From: Phaeosaccion multiseriatum
Lineage: Eukaryota; Protista; Ochrophyta, other classes
Reading direction: 5' to 3'
Length of the DNA stretch: 64,000 nucleotides
NCBI GenBank assembly: GCA_965112735.1
Contig: OZ218957.1
Span: forward strand, 3,286,001-3,350,000
The notes under the pieces were generated by a model. It searched no databases. It worked only from the letters and a program-made list of their open reading frames with translations, and had not been told where the DNA came from. Made by a program: the position numbers and the translations under genes. Positions 13,112 to 26,900 of this stretch are shown here, piece after piece; the stretch's first letter is position 1; each line of letters starts with the position of its first letter.

Positions 13112-13802
13112 TTCTTCAGTGTGTGTGAGGAACTAGCTTCAATCAAAAGGGGTGGCTCCTTGCGTAGGGATAGAAGGTGGAAGAAGGGTTTCCTACGCGT
13201 GTTGGTGATATACGCGTGTTGGTCTTCCCGCCACATTCGCTCTTCCCTCCTCCTAGGTAAGTTGCTTCCCCCCTATTTGAACAAACTATGAAAATTAAAT
13301 AAAAAAACGTAAGTTGCTCTGCCTTCTCGGGCAGATAACTTTCTGCGGGGCAGCCTCTCCGCCCTTGCTTCTTCTCCAACTCCAACACCCCCTCTATTCG
13401 TATTCGCTCCCTCCCTCTCTCTCTGTCTCTCCCTCCCTTTCTCTCTGTCTGTCTCTCCCTCCCTCTCCCTGTCTCTCTCTATCTCGCCGCCTCCCTTCTA
13501 TAGTACTCGCACTCGCGTGCTTTTTGTCTCTACGTCCTCCCTCCCCTCGCCCCCCCCCCCCTTCTCCTTGCAAGACGTCCGCCTCTGACACCTAACCTGG
13601 GGCTGCTTTTGAGACAGCAGCCCTCTTCCTCCTCTCTTCTCCCATCGCTCACGGCATATTATACACCGCTTTTTCAGTGTACAAAGCCGCACACTCCACC
13701 CCTCCTTCGCACGCGGAAATGCCAAATGCCGAATACTGTACCAGCATGATATGAAGAATCACACCGGCTAACCCCCCCCCTTATTGCTCTCCGTGCCCAC
13801 CA

Positions 13803-15143
13803 TCATTTAGGTACAGTAGCACTCCCTTCCGCATCCGCCATCATTAGATAGTGCTCTCTCGCCGCCTCCATACCAAAGGACTGAAGGTCTTTTGAGCTCC
13901 ACCATACATGTGCCGCAGCCCCGTCTGGGTACCTCTCGTCGAAGGCCGGCAGGAACCACACGTCGTCGGTCTGTCGGAAGCTGATCTTCCTCCTCCGTTG
14001 CCTCCTCCTGCTGCCCTCTGGCTCCTCGTCGGTCTCGTCGCTGGTGAAGAAGGGCGAACCGAATGAGGTTTCGGCGGTGCAGTCGCTGAACGGACTCTTG
14101 CAAGGCGTGTGGGGACAGACGTGCAGACAGACGTGCCCCTGCTTATGCGAAGGGCTGCATTCGTCACTGCTGCTGCTAACGGGACTCACCCCACCCCTGC
14201 CCCACGCATCCGACCGGTCCAGCATAGACTCCTCCTGCCACCTCGACCAACGGGCCTCCTCTTCTCGCCGCTGCAGGAAGTCGCCTTCCTCGTCCTCGGG
14301 CTCCTCGCCTGCGGTCCTGTCACGGTCACTGTCCTTGTCGTCGTCGTCGTCGTCGTCGTCGTCCTCCTCCTCCTCACCTCCGGTACTCTCATCATCGTCG
14401 AATCCGCTGTTGCCGTCACCGCCCACTGCCCGAGCCCTCATCGCGGTCCCCTCATCCTCATCCTCATCCTCCTCCTCACTGTCGCTGAAGCGGCACGTAC
14501 TTCGAATCGCGCACCGCCCACTAGTGCGGAGGACACACGCTGCCGCTTCCCTCTGTGTCTTCCGCCGCCTACGCCTCCTCTTGGTCACCTCCTCGCCCTC
14601 AGCGTCATCGTAAGGGAAGACGTCGTCGTCGCAGTCGAGCTGCATGATATATTGCTGCAGCACAAGCAAGGACTGGGGCGGGAGGTTGGACTCCTCCCAG
14701 CCCCCAATCTCCGCGGTGATAACCCCATCTACGCTGCTCCCGCAGCTGCCACTACTGCTGCTGCTTCGGCTGCTGCTGTCAATGTCATCATCATCCTCTG
14801 CTCCTCGTCTGAGTAAGGGCAAGAAGTCGGCCGGCAACTCATCATCCTCGCTCTCGCCCTCCTCCATGTCGTAAATGCTTGCCCTCCTTTCAAGCCACTC
14901 ATCACGCTCTCTGGTCACCGATTCATCAAAATCATCCTGCTCTTCCTCCTCCTCTTCGTCTGCCTCTGTCCCTTCACTGACCAACGTCTCTTGTTGCTCG
15001 TGGTCCCGCTGCGGCATCCCGCTCTTTCCCCCAACCTGCCGCCGTCGCCGTTGCTTCAGCAGAGAAAGTCTTTGCCTTTTGTCTGATCCGCTCCCCCCAA
15101 CCCGTCTCCGGCCGAGGTTTTGCAGAGAAAGGAACGGAGCCAT
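13803..15143 (-). CDS. Intronless acidic disordered protein with C-terminal RVxF-like motif (RKISF..V....WWS..DL..F..EA)
   Basis: 446-aa ORF, D/E-rich, with basic NLS-like clusters. The C-terminal RRKISFRQTDDVWFLPAFDERY...WWSSKDLQSFGMEA resembles a PP1-docking motif region. Confidence 0.7.
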   Translation of the reverse strand: MAPFLSLQNLGRRRVGGSGSDKRQRLSLLKQRRRRQVGGKSGMPQRDHEQQETLVSEGTEADEEEEEEQDDFDESVTRERDEWLERRASIYDMEEGESEDDELPADFLPLLRRGAEDDDDIDSSSRSSSSSGSCGSSVDGVITAEIGGWEESNLPPQSLLVLQQYIMQLDCDDDVFPYDDAEGEEVTKRRRRRRKTQREAAACVLRTSGRCAIRSTCRFSDSEEEDEDEDEGTAMRARAVGGDGNSGFDDDESTGGEEEEDDDDDDDDDKDSDRDRTAGEEPEDEEGDFLQRREEEARWSRWQEESMLDRSDAWGRGGVSPVSSSSDECSPSHKQGHVCLHVCPHTPCKSPFSDCTAETSFGSPFFTSDETDEEPEGSRRRQRRRKISFRQTDDVWFLPAFDERYPDGAAAHVWWSSKDLQSFGMEAAREHYLMMADAEGSATVPK

Positions 15144-16184
15144 GATGCAAGCGTTGCACTGGTTCTCGACTGGCGAAACTTTCTCAGCACGGTATCACGA
15201 GCTTGTTTTTCCTGCGGCTCTCTTCCCGCTGCGCCGCTGCTGCTGCTCTGCTGCTGCCGTCTCTGCCGCTGCCGTGTCGTCCTTTCCCACTCCTCTTGCG
15301 CTATGCTCCCGATCCCGCCTCTCTCTCTGATTTCTCTCCTTTTCCTCTCCTCTCCGGCGTCAACTCCTCGGATCCTTCCGTGTCTTTGTTTTCCTTTTCA
15401 AGAATTCAATGCAGACGAACCAGGCACGCGTGAACTGCAAGTGCAATCACCACAGCTTGCAGGCCACTCCTCTCCTTCTCTCCTCCCTTCACCCGCCTGT
15501 GTCTTCTGAGCCTGTTCCAAACGCACGCAGAAGGGTACGTTCAAATTTGCAAAGATAGCGTGCTTGTGTTGCACCCGCAGATGGGACCTTGCACAGCTGT
15601 GAACACTACTGGAGTAAACCCTTGATTCTCTCTCTCTCTCCTTAAATCCTTTGTCTTTGGCGAGGCAGGTGAAGCTTATAAATGTGTTGCTGGGAACGCA
15701 TGTAGGAGCACCAAGAAGGGGAAGAGGAAAAACTGAAACTCACGTCCCCACTAACCTTCTCTTCTGGCTCCGTGACGACTACTGGTGGGAGGCCCTCCAA
15801 GACGAAACCAAGAACACGATTGAGTAGGAACAGCTACCGGGCTCGTCGCAGAAAGAAGCCGCACCCCCAGCAAAGGAGTTGGAAGGTGAACACAACCTTC
15901 CATCCTTTTTGCAGGGTCGACCAGGGCGGGACGAGGCCCTTCAGTCCTTCAGCAGCAGCAGCAGTGGCACGTGGGCCGACGACAGTGGCTAGCTGGAGGC
16001 CCTTGGCCGAGGGCGTAGTGCGCGCTCCCCGTGCCGGCTTGGAACGAGCTCTCGTCAGGAACCGACCGGGGCGATTGAGTGATGAACAGGTGTCAGGACG
16101 CGCGACGATCGATTTCGCGTACGTGCACCAACCTTGGTTTACGCCTCTGACAAAATCCGTGTAGACATCAGGGTGCCAGAGGCC

Positions 16185-16220
<36 letters not shown>

Positions 16221-16544
16221 TCGAGAAGAACGAGTCTGGCTCCATCGCTCATACAGTGCAGCAGGCAGCAGACGTGGCAAACTTCAAATTTCAAATTTCA
16301 AAGTTCGTGTACTGTAGCTCCGACCGAGGGATCAGAGCATCAGAGCCGCTTTCTCTCTCGCAGGCACCGAGGTACTTGCAGAGACCACTTCCCTCCTCTC
16401 TTCCCTCTCGCCTCGCTCCTACACTGCTGCTCCTCTTTGAGAAAAGAGGTGAGTTTGTCTCGGATTGGAACCGCCAAATACGAAGGGAAAAGTTTACGGT
16501 TTCACGGCGTAGCTAAGGTACTTACTTTTGTCCTTTTTCTTTTG

Positions 16545-18501
16545 ATGACAAGTATCGTACTCGGGATGCGGTCCTCAGGACAGAGGAGGGCTTCCTCGAG
16601 GTCCTCCAGGAGGGTCAGGAGGGAGAGCATGAACATCTGGCCGTGGGAAGCCTCTCCGGAGGACCTCCAGATTCCTGTCAGCGGCAGCCCCATCAACAAG
16701 GTGGAGCCTGGGACGAGGCAGCAGAACAAGCGGAGAAGAAGGAGGGCAAGCTCGCCAGGCCCTCAGCAGCAGGAGCAGCAGCAGGAGAAGCTAGGGCTGT
16801 TTGCTCCTGCGCCCCCCTCTTCCCTCTCCCCTACGAAGCTGCTGCACAAGAAGGTCACGCGAAGGGCAAGCGCCGCGGCAGCGTCGCCGACAGGAGCCAG
16901 GCCGCTCTCCGACACCACGCAGTGCAGCCGCTTGGCTGAGACCCAGCTCGAGGAGCGGATTGCGGTAGCCACGGCAACACCAGCTCCACCAAACGATCAA
17001 AGAGAGAGCAGTCTTAGTCCTGGGCAGGGGGGGCAGGAGGTGGGCCCAAAAGAAATGGCCTACTCTCAGGTGTACAAGCAGAGGCAGCGGCTCTGGCTGA
17101 AGGAGCAGCAAGAGCTGCAGCAGCAGCAGCAGCTTTTGGAGAAGAGTTTAGGGGCGAGGGTGGGTGAAGACGGGGAGAAGAGAGGCGGTGGCACTGGCCA
17201 GGCACCTTGGCCGCAGCACGCGCCGTCGAGTGTCTCAGTGTCCGTGGCAGACTCGCTTCCGCTCCACGACTCCCTCTCGTCTTCGAACGCCTCCTCATGC
17301 GCCGCAATAGCTCTCTATCCCCGGCTGCTCAAGGAGCTCACTACGCAAGAGGAGCATCGCCAGCGGCAGCAGCTACCGCTCCAGCAAGAGCAGCTCCAAA
17401 CGATGCAGCACCTCACCCCTCTTCTTACGCAGGCACTACAGCGCCAGCAGCAGGAGGAGCAGCAGCAGCAGCAGAAGCAGCAACAACCACCGCTCAGCGC
17501 CGATATGCGACAAGCGCTTCGATCCGTGGGCTTATCGTATGACGAGCAGCAGCAGGAGCTTCCCCACAGTAGCGCCGTGCCAAACCAGAGCAATACCGCC
17601 GCCACGGGCAGTAACCTCGCAAAGTGGATCCCTCCCCGGGGCTTGCTCTTCCTGGAGGAAACCAAGCAAGAAGCGACAACAGCAACACCAACAGCCCTAA
17701 CAACGGCCCTCATCGGCGTGCCTATCGGTGCAGACTCGTGCGAAGCCCAAGCCCAAATGGCAGCAGCGAGCGCGTGTGCTGCGCAAAAGTTGGTGACACA
17801 GCAGCAGCCGTTCAACGAGCAGCGCCAGCAGAAGCAGGAGGAGCAGGAGGAGGAGGGGGTGGAGGTGCAGGTGAAGGACCCAGAGCAGGAGCATCAGCAA
17901 GACCATCCGCGGTTGGTGATACAGCAGCAGCAGGACCCGCAGCAGCAGCAGGACCTACAGGAGGAGGTGTGGGAGTCGCTGCCGCCGGAGGACCAACGCG
18001 CCTTGTACGAGCACTTGCTGCAACGCGCCTTCCTTGCCCGCCGAGTGGCCTACGTGGAGGCCAAGAGAGACATTCCGGAGACGGACCGCATGCGGGAGGA
18101 GCGACTCGCAGAGAGGGCCTACGAGAAGCAGGTGAGTGAGTGAGTGAGTGAGTGAGTGAGTGAGTGAGTGAGTGAGTGAGTGAGTGAGTGAGTGAGTGAG
18201 TGATGCTTTGATGGATCCTGAGGTTCAGGTTCAGTTTCAGCTTCATATTTTGGCAAAGCTCGCATTCAATGCCCATCATGATTGGAAGTACTTTGTTTTG
18301 TCCGTCACTCACACGACCTGCACGCTCATTCTTTAGTGCCATGTGCTGCTACGTAAGTACCGTACCTTCAGCAAGTCAGTGAGTCACGAAACTGACCTGA
18401 CTAACCAACCCGTGCACGCACACACACACATAAACACACACGCACGCACACACACACATACACAAACACACACATACACAAACACACACACATATACACA
18501 T

Positions 18502-18553
<52 letters not shown>

Positions 18554-21500
18554 GTGAAGCGCTTCCGAGACAACTTAGAGCACCCCGCCATGCCCGAGCC
18601 TCTGCGGCAGAGTCAGGAGCGGGTGTTGTGGCTGCAGCAGCTGCACTATCACGAGGGGTACTACTGCCGACGGAGGCAGCAACACTTGCAACAGCCACTC
18701 AACGCCACCACTCCTCCGCCCAAGCTTTCCCTCTACTTTGAGCCAGCGGGGCCCCCTGCCTGGCCCATGCTCTTCAGAGCTGACGAGGAGGAGGAGGAGG
18801 AGGAGGAGGAGAGGGGTGGGAAGGAGGGGGAGGAGGGGGGGGAGGGGGGGAGTGGTGGGAGTGGTGGGCAGGTGCAGTCGACGGAGGCGGCGGGCTTGGG
18901 CTTGACCACCACCGCCGCCGGAGAGGGAAGGGGAGGGGAAGGGGAAGGGAGCACGCAGGGAGAAGGGAGCGGCGACCAGGTCTCCGTAGAGCCGGTGGGA
19001 CTCAGGCTGGGGGTTTCACAGCACGTCGACGACGTGGAGCACCAACCCCTCGGGGATGGAGCAAAGCATGCGTGTACCGCGGCTGAGAAGCTTCCTACGG
19101 AGGCTGATGAACTGGCGGCGGCGGACGAGTCGGGACAGAGAGCACTGGGCACACCACACAATGGGCAGCACAGAGACGGAGGAAGCAGGCAGATCGCTGT
19201 TCGGACGGTGGAGAGGGCTCCTGCATCGGGGGGAGGGAGAGCACTGGTGGTCGCGGGGAAGGGGGGGGAGATAGGTGAGGGAGGAGGAGGAGGACGGGGA
19301 GAAGGTGAAGAAGGAGAAGAGGGGGAGGAGGAGGAGGCACCGGTGAGGCCGTGGGTGGCCAGACCGCCTTTAAAGCGGAGAGACAGCCAGAGCAGGACGT
19401 GGTGGCTCCGGCGAAGGAAACAAGGTGAGGAAGGAAGGAAGGAAGGAAGGAAGGAAGGAAGGAAGGAAGGAGAGAGGGAAGGAGAGAAGGAAGGAAGGAA
19501 GGAAGGAAGGAAGGAAGGAAGGAAGGAAGGAAGGAAGGAAGGAAGGAAGGAAGGAAGGAAGGAAGGAAGGAAGGAAGGAAGGAAGGAAGGAAGGAAGGAA
19601 GGAAGGAAGGAAGGAAGGAAGGAAGGAAGGAGGGAGGGACGGGGGGAGGGAGGTACGGAGGGAGGTACGGAGGGAGACACGACGACATGGACACACCCAC
19701 TTTCAAGCAACACCTCTCTCTACTCTCCGTCCTCATACCAAGCTCTCTTTCTCTCTCCCTTGTGTGTGTGCTGTTGACTTACTGTACGTATGCTTCCTAG
19801 GCATGTTTTACTTCCGCTCCGAAATCAAGACCCTTGTCCACCGCGTCATGGTCAGCAGGGGGTGGGTGGAGGTGGACCCAGAGGGGCTCGACACAGGGGT
19901 TGTGTCCAAGCAGGTGAGACACACGCACGCACGCACACACAGCACACACACATATACACATACATACACACATACATACACACATACGCATACAGACAGA
20001 GACTGATCCCTCTCTCTGTCCGTTCTCCTTCTCTCTCTCTTCTCTCTCTCTCCCTCTCTCGCTCTCTCTCTCTCCCTTCTCTCTCTCCCTCTCTCTCGCT
20101 TTCGCTCTCTCTCTCTTCTCTCTACCTGTGCCTCTCTCTCCCTCTCTGTGCAGTGGGATGTCCATTGGAGCAACATAAAGTGGGCCATCGATACTCTCAA
20201 GTGCCGCCGCTTCCTAGAGCCGTGGCAGGTACACCACTCACTCGTGTGTGTGTGTGTTTGGGCATCACAAGCCCCCCACTCTTGGAGCACCTTTATGCAC
20301 ATCTCCCAATGCGCCATCCCTCCCTCCCTCCCTCCCTCCCTCCCTCCCTCCCTCCCTCCTTCCCTCCTCCCCTCCCTCCCTCCCTCCCTCCCTCCCTCCC
20401 TCCCTCCCTCCCTCCCTCCCTCCCTCCCTCCCTCCCTCCCTCCCTCCCTCCCTCCCTCCCTCCCTCCCTCCCTCCCTCCTTCCTTCCTTCCTTCTCTCCC
20501 TCGGAACCCTCAACCCCCCTTCATCTGCTGCCATCCCCTGGTCGTCCCCTGCCTTCTGCAGCGTATCAACCACTTCCGCAATAGCAAGGAACTTTGTAAG
20601 AAGGACCTCATGGCGAAGAACCTCAAGAAGAAGCAGCAGCTCTTGCTCAGTGCAGGCAATCTCAGCGAGGCAAGGGCGTACGACTACTTCCCCACAAGCT
20701 ATGAGATGCCACGGGTGAGTGGGGGAGGGAGGGAGGGAGGGAGGGAGGGAGGGAGGGAGGGAGGGAGGGAGGGAGGGAGGGAGGGAGGGAGGGAGGGAGG
20801 GAGGGAGGGAGGGAGGGAGGGAGGGAGGGAGGGAGGGAGGGAGGGAGGGAGGGAGGGAGGGAGGGAGGGAGGGAGGGAGGGAGGGAGGGGGAGAGTGGGG
20901 GTAGAGAGGGAGGGGGGGAGGGGACGATGGAGGGAATTGATGGGTGGGTGGGAGAGGGGATGGGTGGGTAGGTGAAATGGTGGTTGGGTGGGTAGGTGAG
21001 TGCGTGCGTGGGTGAATGCATGAGTGAGTGAGTGAGTGAGGCAGTGAGTTAGTGAGTGAGTGAGTTAGTGACTATGTGAGTGAGTGAGTGAGTGAGTGAG
21101 TGAGTGAGTGAGTGAGTGAGTGAGTGAGTGAGTGAGTGAGTGAGTGAGTGAGTGAGTGAGTGAGTGAGTGAGTGAGTGAGTGAGTGAGTGAGTGAGTGAG
21201 TGAGTGAGTGAGTGAGTGAGTGAGTGAGTGAGTAAGTGAGTGAGTGAGTGAGTGAGTGGGTGAATGAGTGAGTGAGTGAGTGAGTAATTGAGTGAGTAAG
21301 TGAATGAGTGAGTGAATGAGTGAGTGAATGAATGAATGAATGGGTGAGTGAGTGAGTGAGTAATTGAGTGAGTAAGTGAATGAGTGAGTGAGGGAGGGAG
21401 TGAGTAATTGAGTGAGTGAGTGAATGAGTGAGTGAATGAGTGAGTGAGTGAGTAAGTAAGTGAGTGAGTGAGTGAATGAGTGAGTGAGTGAGTGAGTGAG

Positions 21501-22677
21501 TGAGTGAGTGAATGAGTGAGTGAGTGAGTGAATGAATGAGTGAGTAAGTAAGTGAGTGAGTGAGTGAGTGAGTGAATGAGTGAGTGAGTGAGTGAGTGAG
21601 TGAGTGAGTGAGTGAGTGAGTGAGTGAGTGAGTGAATGAATGAGTGAGTGAGTGAGTGAGTGAGTGAGTAAGTGAGTGAGTGAGTGAGTAAGTGAGTGAG
21701 TGAGTGAGTAAATGAATGAGGGGGGGGGGGGGAGAGGATGGACTACGTCTCTCTCGCCTGCTCAGAGCGCCCTTCCTCACCCCTTGCCCCAAACCAACGC
21801 CACACACCACAGGACTTCAGTCTGTTCGTGGAGAGCTTTCGCCGCGAGGGCGGGGTGTGGATCATGAAACCCGCAGGAATGTCCGAGGGGAGGGGCATCT
21901 TCCTCTTCAGCAAGCTATCCGAGCTCAGGGTGAGGAAGGCAGGGAGGGGGGGAGGGAGGGAGGGAGGGAGGGAGGGAGGGTTTGTGTCGGCCGCATGCCC
22001 ATATACCCGTTCCCTGTGTGTCGGCACTGCCCAGTACGGCCTCTGAGTGTGACTGAAGTGTGTGTATGGCACAAGTGTGTGTATGGCACAAGTGTGTGTA
22101 TGGTACAAGTGTGTGTACGGTACAAGTGTGTGTACGGTACAAGTGTGTGTATGGTACAAGTGTGTGTTTGCACAAGTGTGTGTATGGTACAAGTGTGTGT
22201 ACGGTACAAGTGTGTGTACGGTACAAGTGTGTGTACGGTACAAGTGTGTGTACGGTACAAGTGTGTGTACGGTACAAGTGTGTGTACGGTACAAGTGTGT
22301 GTACCAGTGCAGGGGGTGTGGAGAGAGTGAACCCCCCCCCCCCCCCTGACGCTCATCTCATCTTCCCCTCTCTCCTCTCTCTGTGTGTCTCTCTCACTCT
22401 CCCTCTCTCTCTCACTCCCGCCCTTTCCCTTGCTCTCTTTCTTTCCCTCCCTCCATCTCTCCCTCCTCTCCCTCTCCCTCTCCCTCTCTCCCTCTCTCTC
22501 TCTCCCTCTCTCTCTCCCTCTCTCTCGTCTCTCTCCCCCTCTTTCCCTCACTCTCTTTCCCCCTCTCTCTCCCTCTCTCTCTCCCCGTCTCCCTCCCTCT
22601 CTCTCTCTCTCTCCCCGTCTCCCTCTCTCTCTCTCCCTCTCTCCCTCTCTCTCCCTCTCTCTCTCCCCCCGTCGTCT

Positions 22678-22720
<43 letters not shown>

Positions 22721-23898
22721 TGTCTTGTGGTGCATGGGCATCATCACACAGGCGTGGCAGCGCAGCAGAGAAGAGAAGGCCGAGCAACAGCTACAACAGC
22801 AGCAGCAGCAGCGGCAGCCGGGGAGCACTCAGAGTGACATCCAGTACAACTACCTCCAGCACCAGCAGCAGCAGCAGTTGGTGATACAGCACCCGGCACC
22901 GTCCTCCTCCTCCTCCTCCTCCTCGGATTCCTCCTACTCCCACGATCCTTGCCAGCAGTACCAAAAAGAGCAGCAATACCACAGCCAGCCCATGTTCCAG
23001 AGCCAACCCCACTACCAGAGCCAGCAGGCAGTGCTTGTAGGTCGCAACACGTACGTGGTGCAGCGCTATCTCGAGCGACCCCTCACGGTCGGGGGGAGAA
23101 AGTTTGATATGCGAATCTACGCGCTCGTCACGTCCTTCCACCCTGTCACCGTATACCTCTATCGTAACGGATTCGCAAGATTCACGCAGGTGTGTGTGTG
23201 TGTGTTTGTGTGTGTATGTTTGTGTTTTGTGTGTATGTGTTGGTGGAGCATCGATTACCGAACCTTCGCGCTCGCCACTCACACTGACACTCACACTGAC
23301 ACTCACACTGACACTCACACTGCCCCTGCCCCTGTCCCACGCAACGCCGCCCCCCGCCTCCTCAGAAGCGTTACAGTATGGATGGTGGGGGCAGCCTCTC
23401 CGACAGAGAAATGCATCTCACCAACGTTGCCGTGCAGAAGCAGGGAGAGGGCTACAGCAGGCACAAAGGTGGGTGGGTGGGGGCGTGTGTGTGCGTTCAA
23501 TGAATGCCGCTGTATCACCAACTGCCGTATCACCAACCGCTGCAGGCAAGTGGAATCTCCGCTCGCTCAAGACGTACCTCGCCATGAAGTTCGGTCTCCA
23601 TGCCGTGGACAAGTGAGTCACACATGGCAGGGGATGGCAGGGGATGGCAGGGGATGGCAGGGGATGACAGAGGATGGCAGGGGACGGGCGAGGGCCTTAC
23701 TTGGGCCTCTGTTGCGTCTGTCTCGAGTCAGGCTGTCCCAGAGGAGCCCCCTCCCCTCCCCTCCCCTCCCCTCCCCTCCCCTCCCCTCCCCTCCTCATCC
23801 ACTGCCATCCCCCCTCCCTTCCCTATCCATCCACTGCCATCCCTCCCCCTGCGCCCGCTGTCTGGCCAATGCCTTGCCTGCGCTTACTGTAAATTATT

Positions 23899-23959
<61 letters not shown>

Positions 23960-26900
23960 TGCATGCGTGAACTCTCTTCCTTGCCAGGCTGTTCTTCGAC
24001 ATCCAGATGGTGGTGATCCGCTCACTGCTGGCGGTGGAGAGAGTCATGATCTCGGACCCGCAGTCCTTCGAGCTCTTTGGCTTCGACATCATGGTTGACA
24101 GGTGCACGGTAGATGGCACTGAACGGTTGACAGATAGCAGATGGCAGTGAATGTGAATGGCTGCGAGGTAGTACAGTCCAAGGCCTTTCCTCCTTCCTCC
24201 CTCTCTCCCTCCGTCCGTCCGTCCGTCCCTCCACCCTCTCGTGCTATGAAGCTATACCCCACAGTGATACCCTGCAGTGAACAGAGATCTAGCGTGTCCC
24301 CCTTCCCCCACACTAAGCATCCCACCCCATCCCTCTCCTCTCCTCTCCTCTCCTCATGCCTCTCCCCCCCCTCCCCCTTTCCCTTCCCCCCCCCTCCCCT
24401 CCCCCCTCCCTCTTGCCTGCCGGTGCTGCAGTGATCTCAAGCCGTGGCTGATCGAAGTGAACGCTTCCCCTTCCATGGGCACCTCAAACATCGAGGACAA
24501 TCATCTCAAGTAAGTAGGCTCAAACGCCATGCTTCTTCGGCTTGTTCTTCTCCTCCCCCCCCTCTCCCCCCTCCCCCTCCTCCTCTTCCTCCTCCTCCTC
24601 CTCCTCCTCCTCCTCCTCCTCCTCCTCCTCCTCCTCCTCCTCCTCCTTCTCCTCCTCCTCCTCCTCCTCCTCCTCCTCCTCCTCCTCCTCCTCCTCCTCC
24701 TCCTCCTCCTCCTCCTCCTCCTCCTCCTCCTCCTCCTCCTCCTCCTCCTCCTCCTCCTCCTCCTCCTCCTCCTCCTCCTCCTCCTCCTCCTCCTCCTCCT
24801 CCTCCTCCTCCTCCTCCTCCTCCTCCTCCTCCTCCTCCTCCTCCTCCTCCTCCTCCTCCTCCTCCTCCTCCTCCTCCTCCTCCTCCTCCTCCTCCTCCTC
24901 CTCCTCCTCCTCCTCCTCCTCCTCCTCCTCCTCCTCCTCCTCCTCCTCCTCCTCCTCCTCGTCCTCCTCCTCGTTCTCCTCCTCGTCCTCCTCCTCCTCC
25001 TCCTCCTCCTCCTCCTCCTCCTCCTCCTCCTCCTCCTCCTCCTCCTCCTCCTCCTCCTCCTCCTCCTCCTCCTCCTCCTCCTCCTCCTCCTCCTCCTCCT
25101 CCTCCTCCTCCTCCTCCTCCTCCTCCTCCTCCTCCTCTTCCTCCTCCACGCCATTAATACCCGTGGATCAGCAATTTCAGCACACCCCATGACACCCCCC
25201 CTCTAACCCCAAACCCAACCCCTCCCCTCTCCCCCATCACCCGCCATCTGTAACTCGCCCCCCCAGATTCCAAATGATGAACGACGTTTTCGATGTGCTG
25301 GACGTGGAGGGCGAGCACGAAGGAGGCCGCAAGTGGGCAGCCAAGAAGGGGAGTGGAGGGAGGCGAGGGAGCCGGCGCAACTATCGCAGCGGGGTGGACT
25401 TATCGAGCGCTTACGCCGAGATGGAGGGAGACGACAAGCCTCTGCGATCGCAGGCAAGTCAACAAGTCAAGCAAGCAACTAAAAAGATAAGCGATTCAGT
25501 GTCAGAGAGGCCGGCTAAGTCTCCTCTCCGTCCTCTCCTTCCCCCTCTCCTCCTTCCTCCTCCTCCTCCTCCTTCCTCCTCCTCCTCCTTCCTCCTCCTT
25601 CCTCCTCCTCCTCCTCCTCCTCCTCCTCCTCCTCCTCCTCCTCCTCCTCCTCCTCCTCCTCCTCCTCCTCCTCCTCCTCCTCCTCCTCCTCCTCCTCCTC
25701 CTCCTCCTCCTCCTCCTCCTCCTCCTCCTCCTCCTCCTCCTCTTGCTCCTCCTCCTCCTCCTCCTCCTCCTCCTCCTCCTCCTCCTCCTCCTCCTCCTCC
25801 TCCTCCTCCTCCTGCTACTCCTCCTCCTCCTCCTCCTCCTCCTCCTCCTCCTCCTCCTCTGCTTCTTCTTCTTACTCTCTGCTGTACGGTTACACTTGAC
25901 TCACAGGTAGGCGGATTCGACCTCGTATACGAAGGAGGCTTCGTGCAGCTCCCTCCCGAGCGCTGCGGGTGGTCAAGTATGCTTGGAGCATTCCACAAGA
26001 ACAAGTAAGTGCCTGCGTTAATGCCTTCGTGAATGCGTACATGACTCAGGAACATTGCGTGCCTACGTGAGTCAGGAGTCAAGAGGCTTAGAGGCAGGCT
26101 TCTCCGCCTGAATCTCTTGTCCTCTCTCTCCTCTCCCCTCCTCTCATCTCCTCCTCCTCCTCCTCCTCCTCCTCCTCCTCCTCCTCCCCCCTCTTTTCCT
26201 CTCCTCCTCCGTCCTCCTCTTCCGTCAACTGCCCCTCTTCACTCCTCTTCTCTTACTTCCCGTCATCTCTTGTCCTCTCCTCTCCTCATGCTCCCCTTCT
26301 TGTCCTTTCCCCTTATCTCCTCTCCTCTCCTCTTCTGTCTCCTGCCCGCCTTGCCTTCTCGTCTCCCCTCCTGTCTTCTCTCGATCCCCTCCTCTCCCCA
26401 CCCACCTCTCTCCCTAGTCTACCCACCCACCAACCCACGCACGCACGCACGCACCCACTCACCCATTGACTTATTTCCCACCCACCCATTGACTTGTTAC
26501 ACACCCACCCACCCACCCACTCACAGGCAGGCCAAGGCTGACCGCTCCCCTGCGGACAGATACAAATGGACGTCCTTCCCTCCTGCTCAACCCTATTCGG
26601 CGTCCCCCTCAGCGGAGCGGCGCCACAGCATGATTAGTCATCTTTGCGTAGGGGGGGGGCAGGGGGGGGTGGAGAGGGGGCCGAGCAGCAGCGGCAACAA
26701 CAACAATCATAACCACAACCACAACCACAACCACAAGCACAACCACAACCACAACCACAACCACACCACGACAACCGCTACTCGGAAACCTTCATCTCCC
26801 GCGGGGGGCGCTGTGGGCACTACCGTCGAAAACTGCGGCTGCTGCATCGGCGGCAGTGGGAACGTTCCTATGAGAGTGACCATGGTCGGCAAGGGAGGCA

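Noticed and set aside
21049-22551. ORFs with THSL and CVYGTSV repeats
   Set aside because: They are translations of intronic micro- and minisatellites in TTLL.
24444-25206. Long poly-P/E/R/L/S ORFs in several frames
   Set aside because: They are artefacts of the intronic (CCT)n tract.
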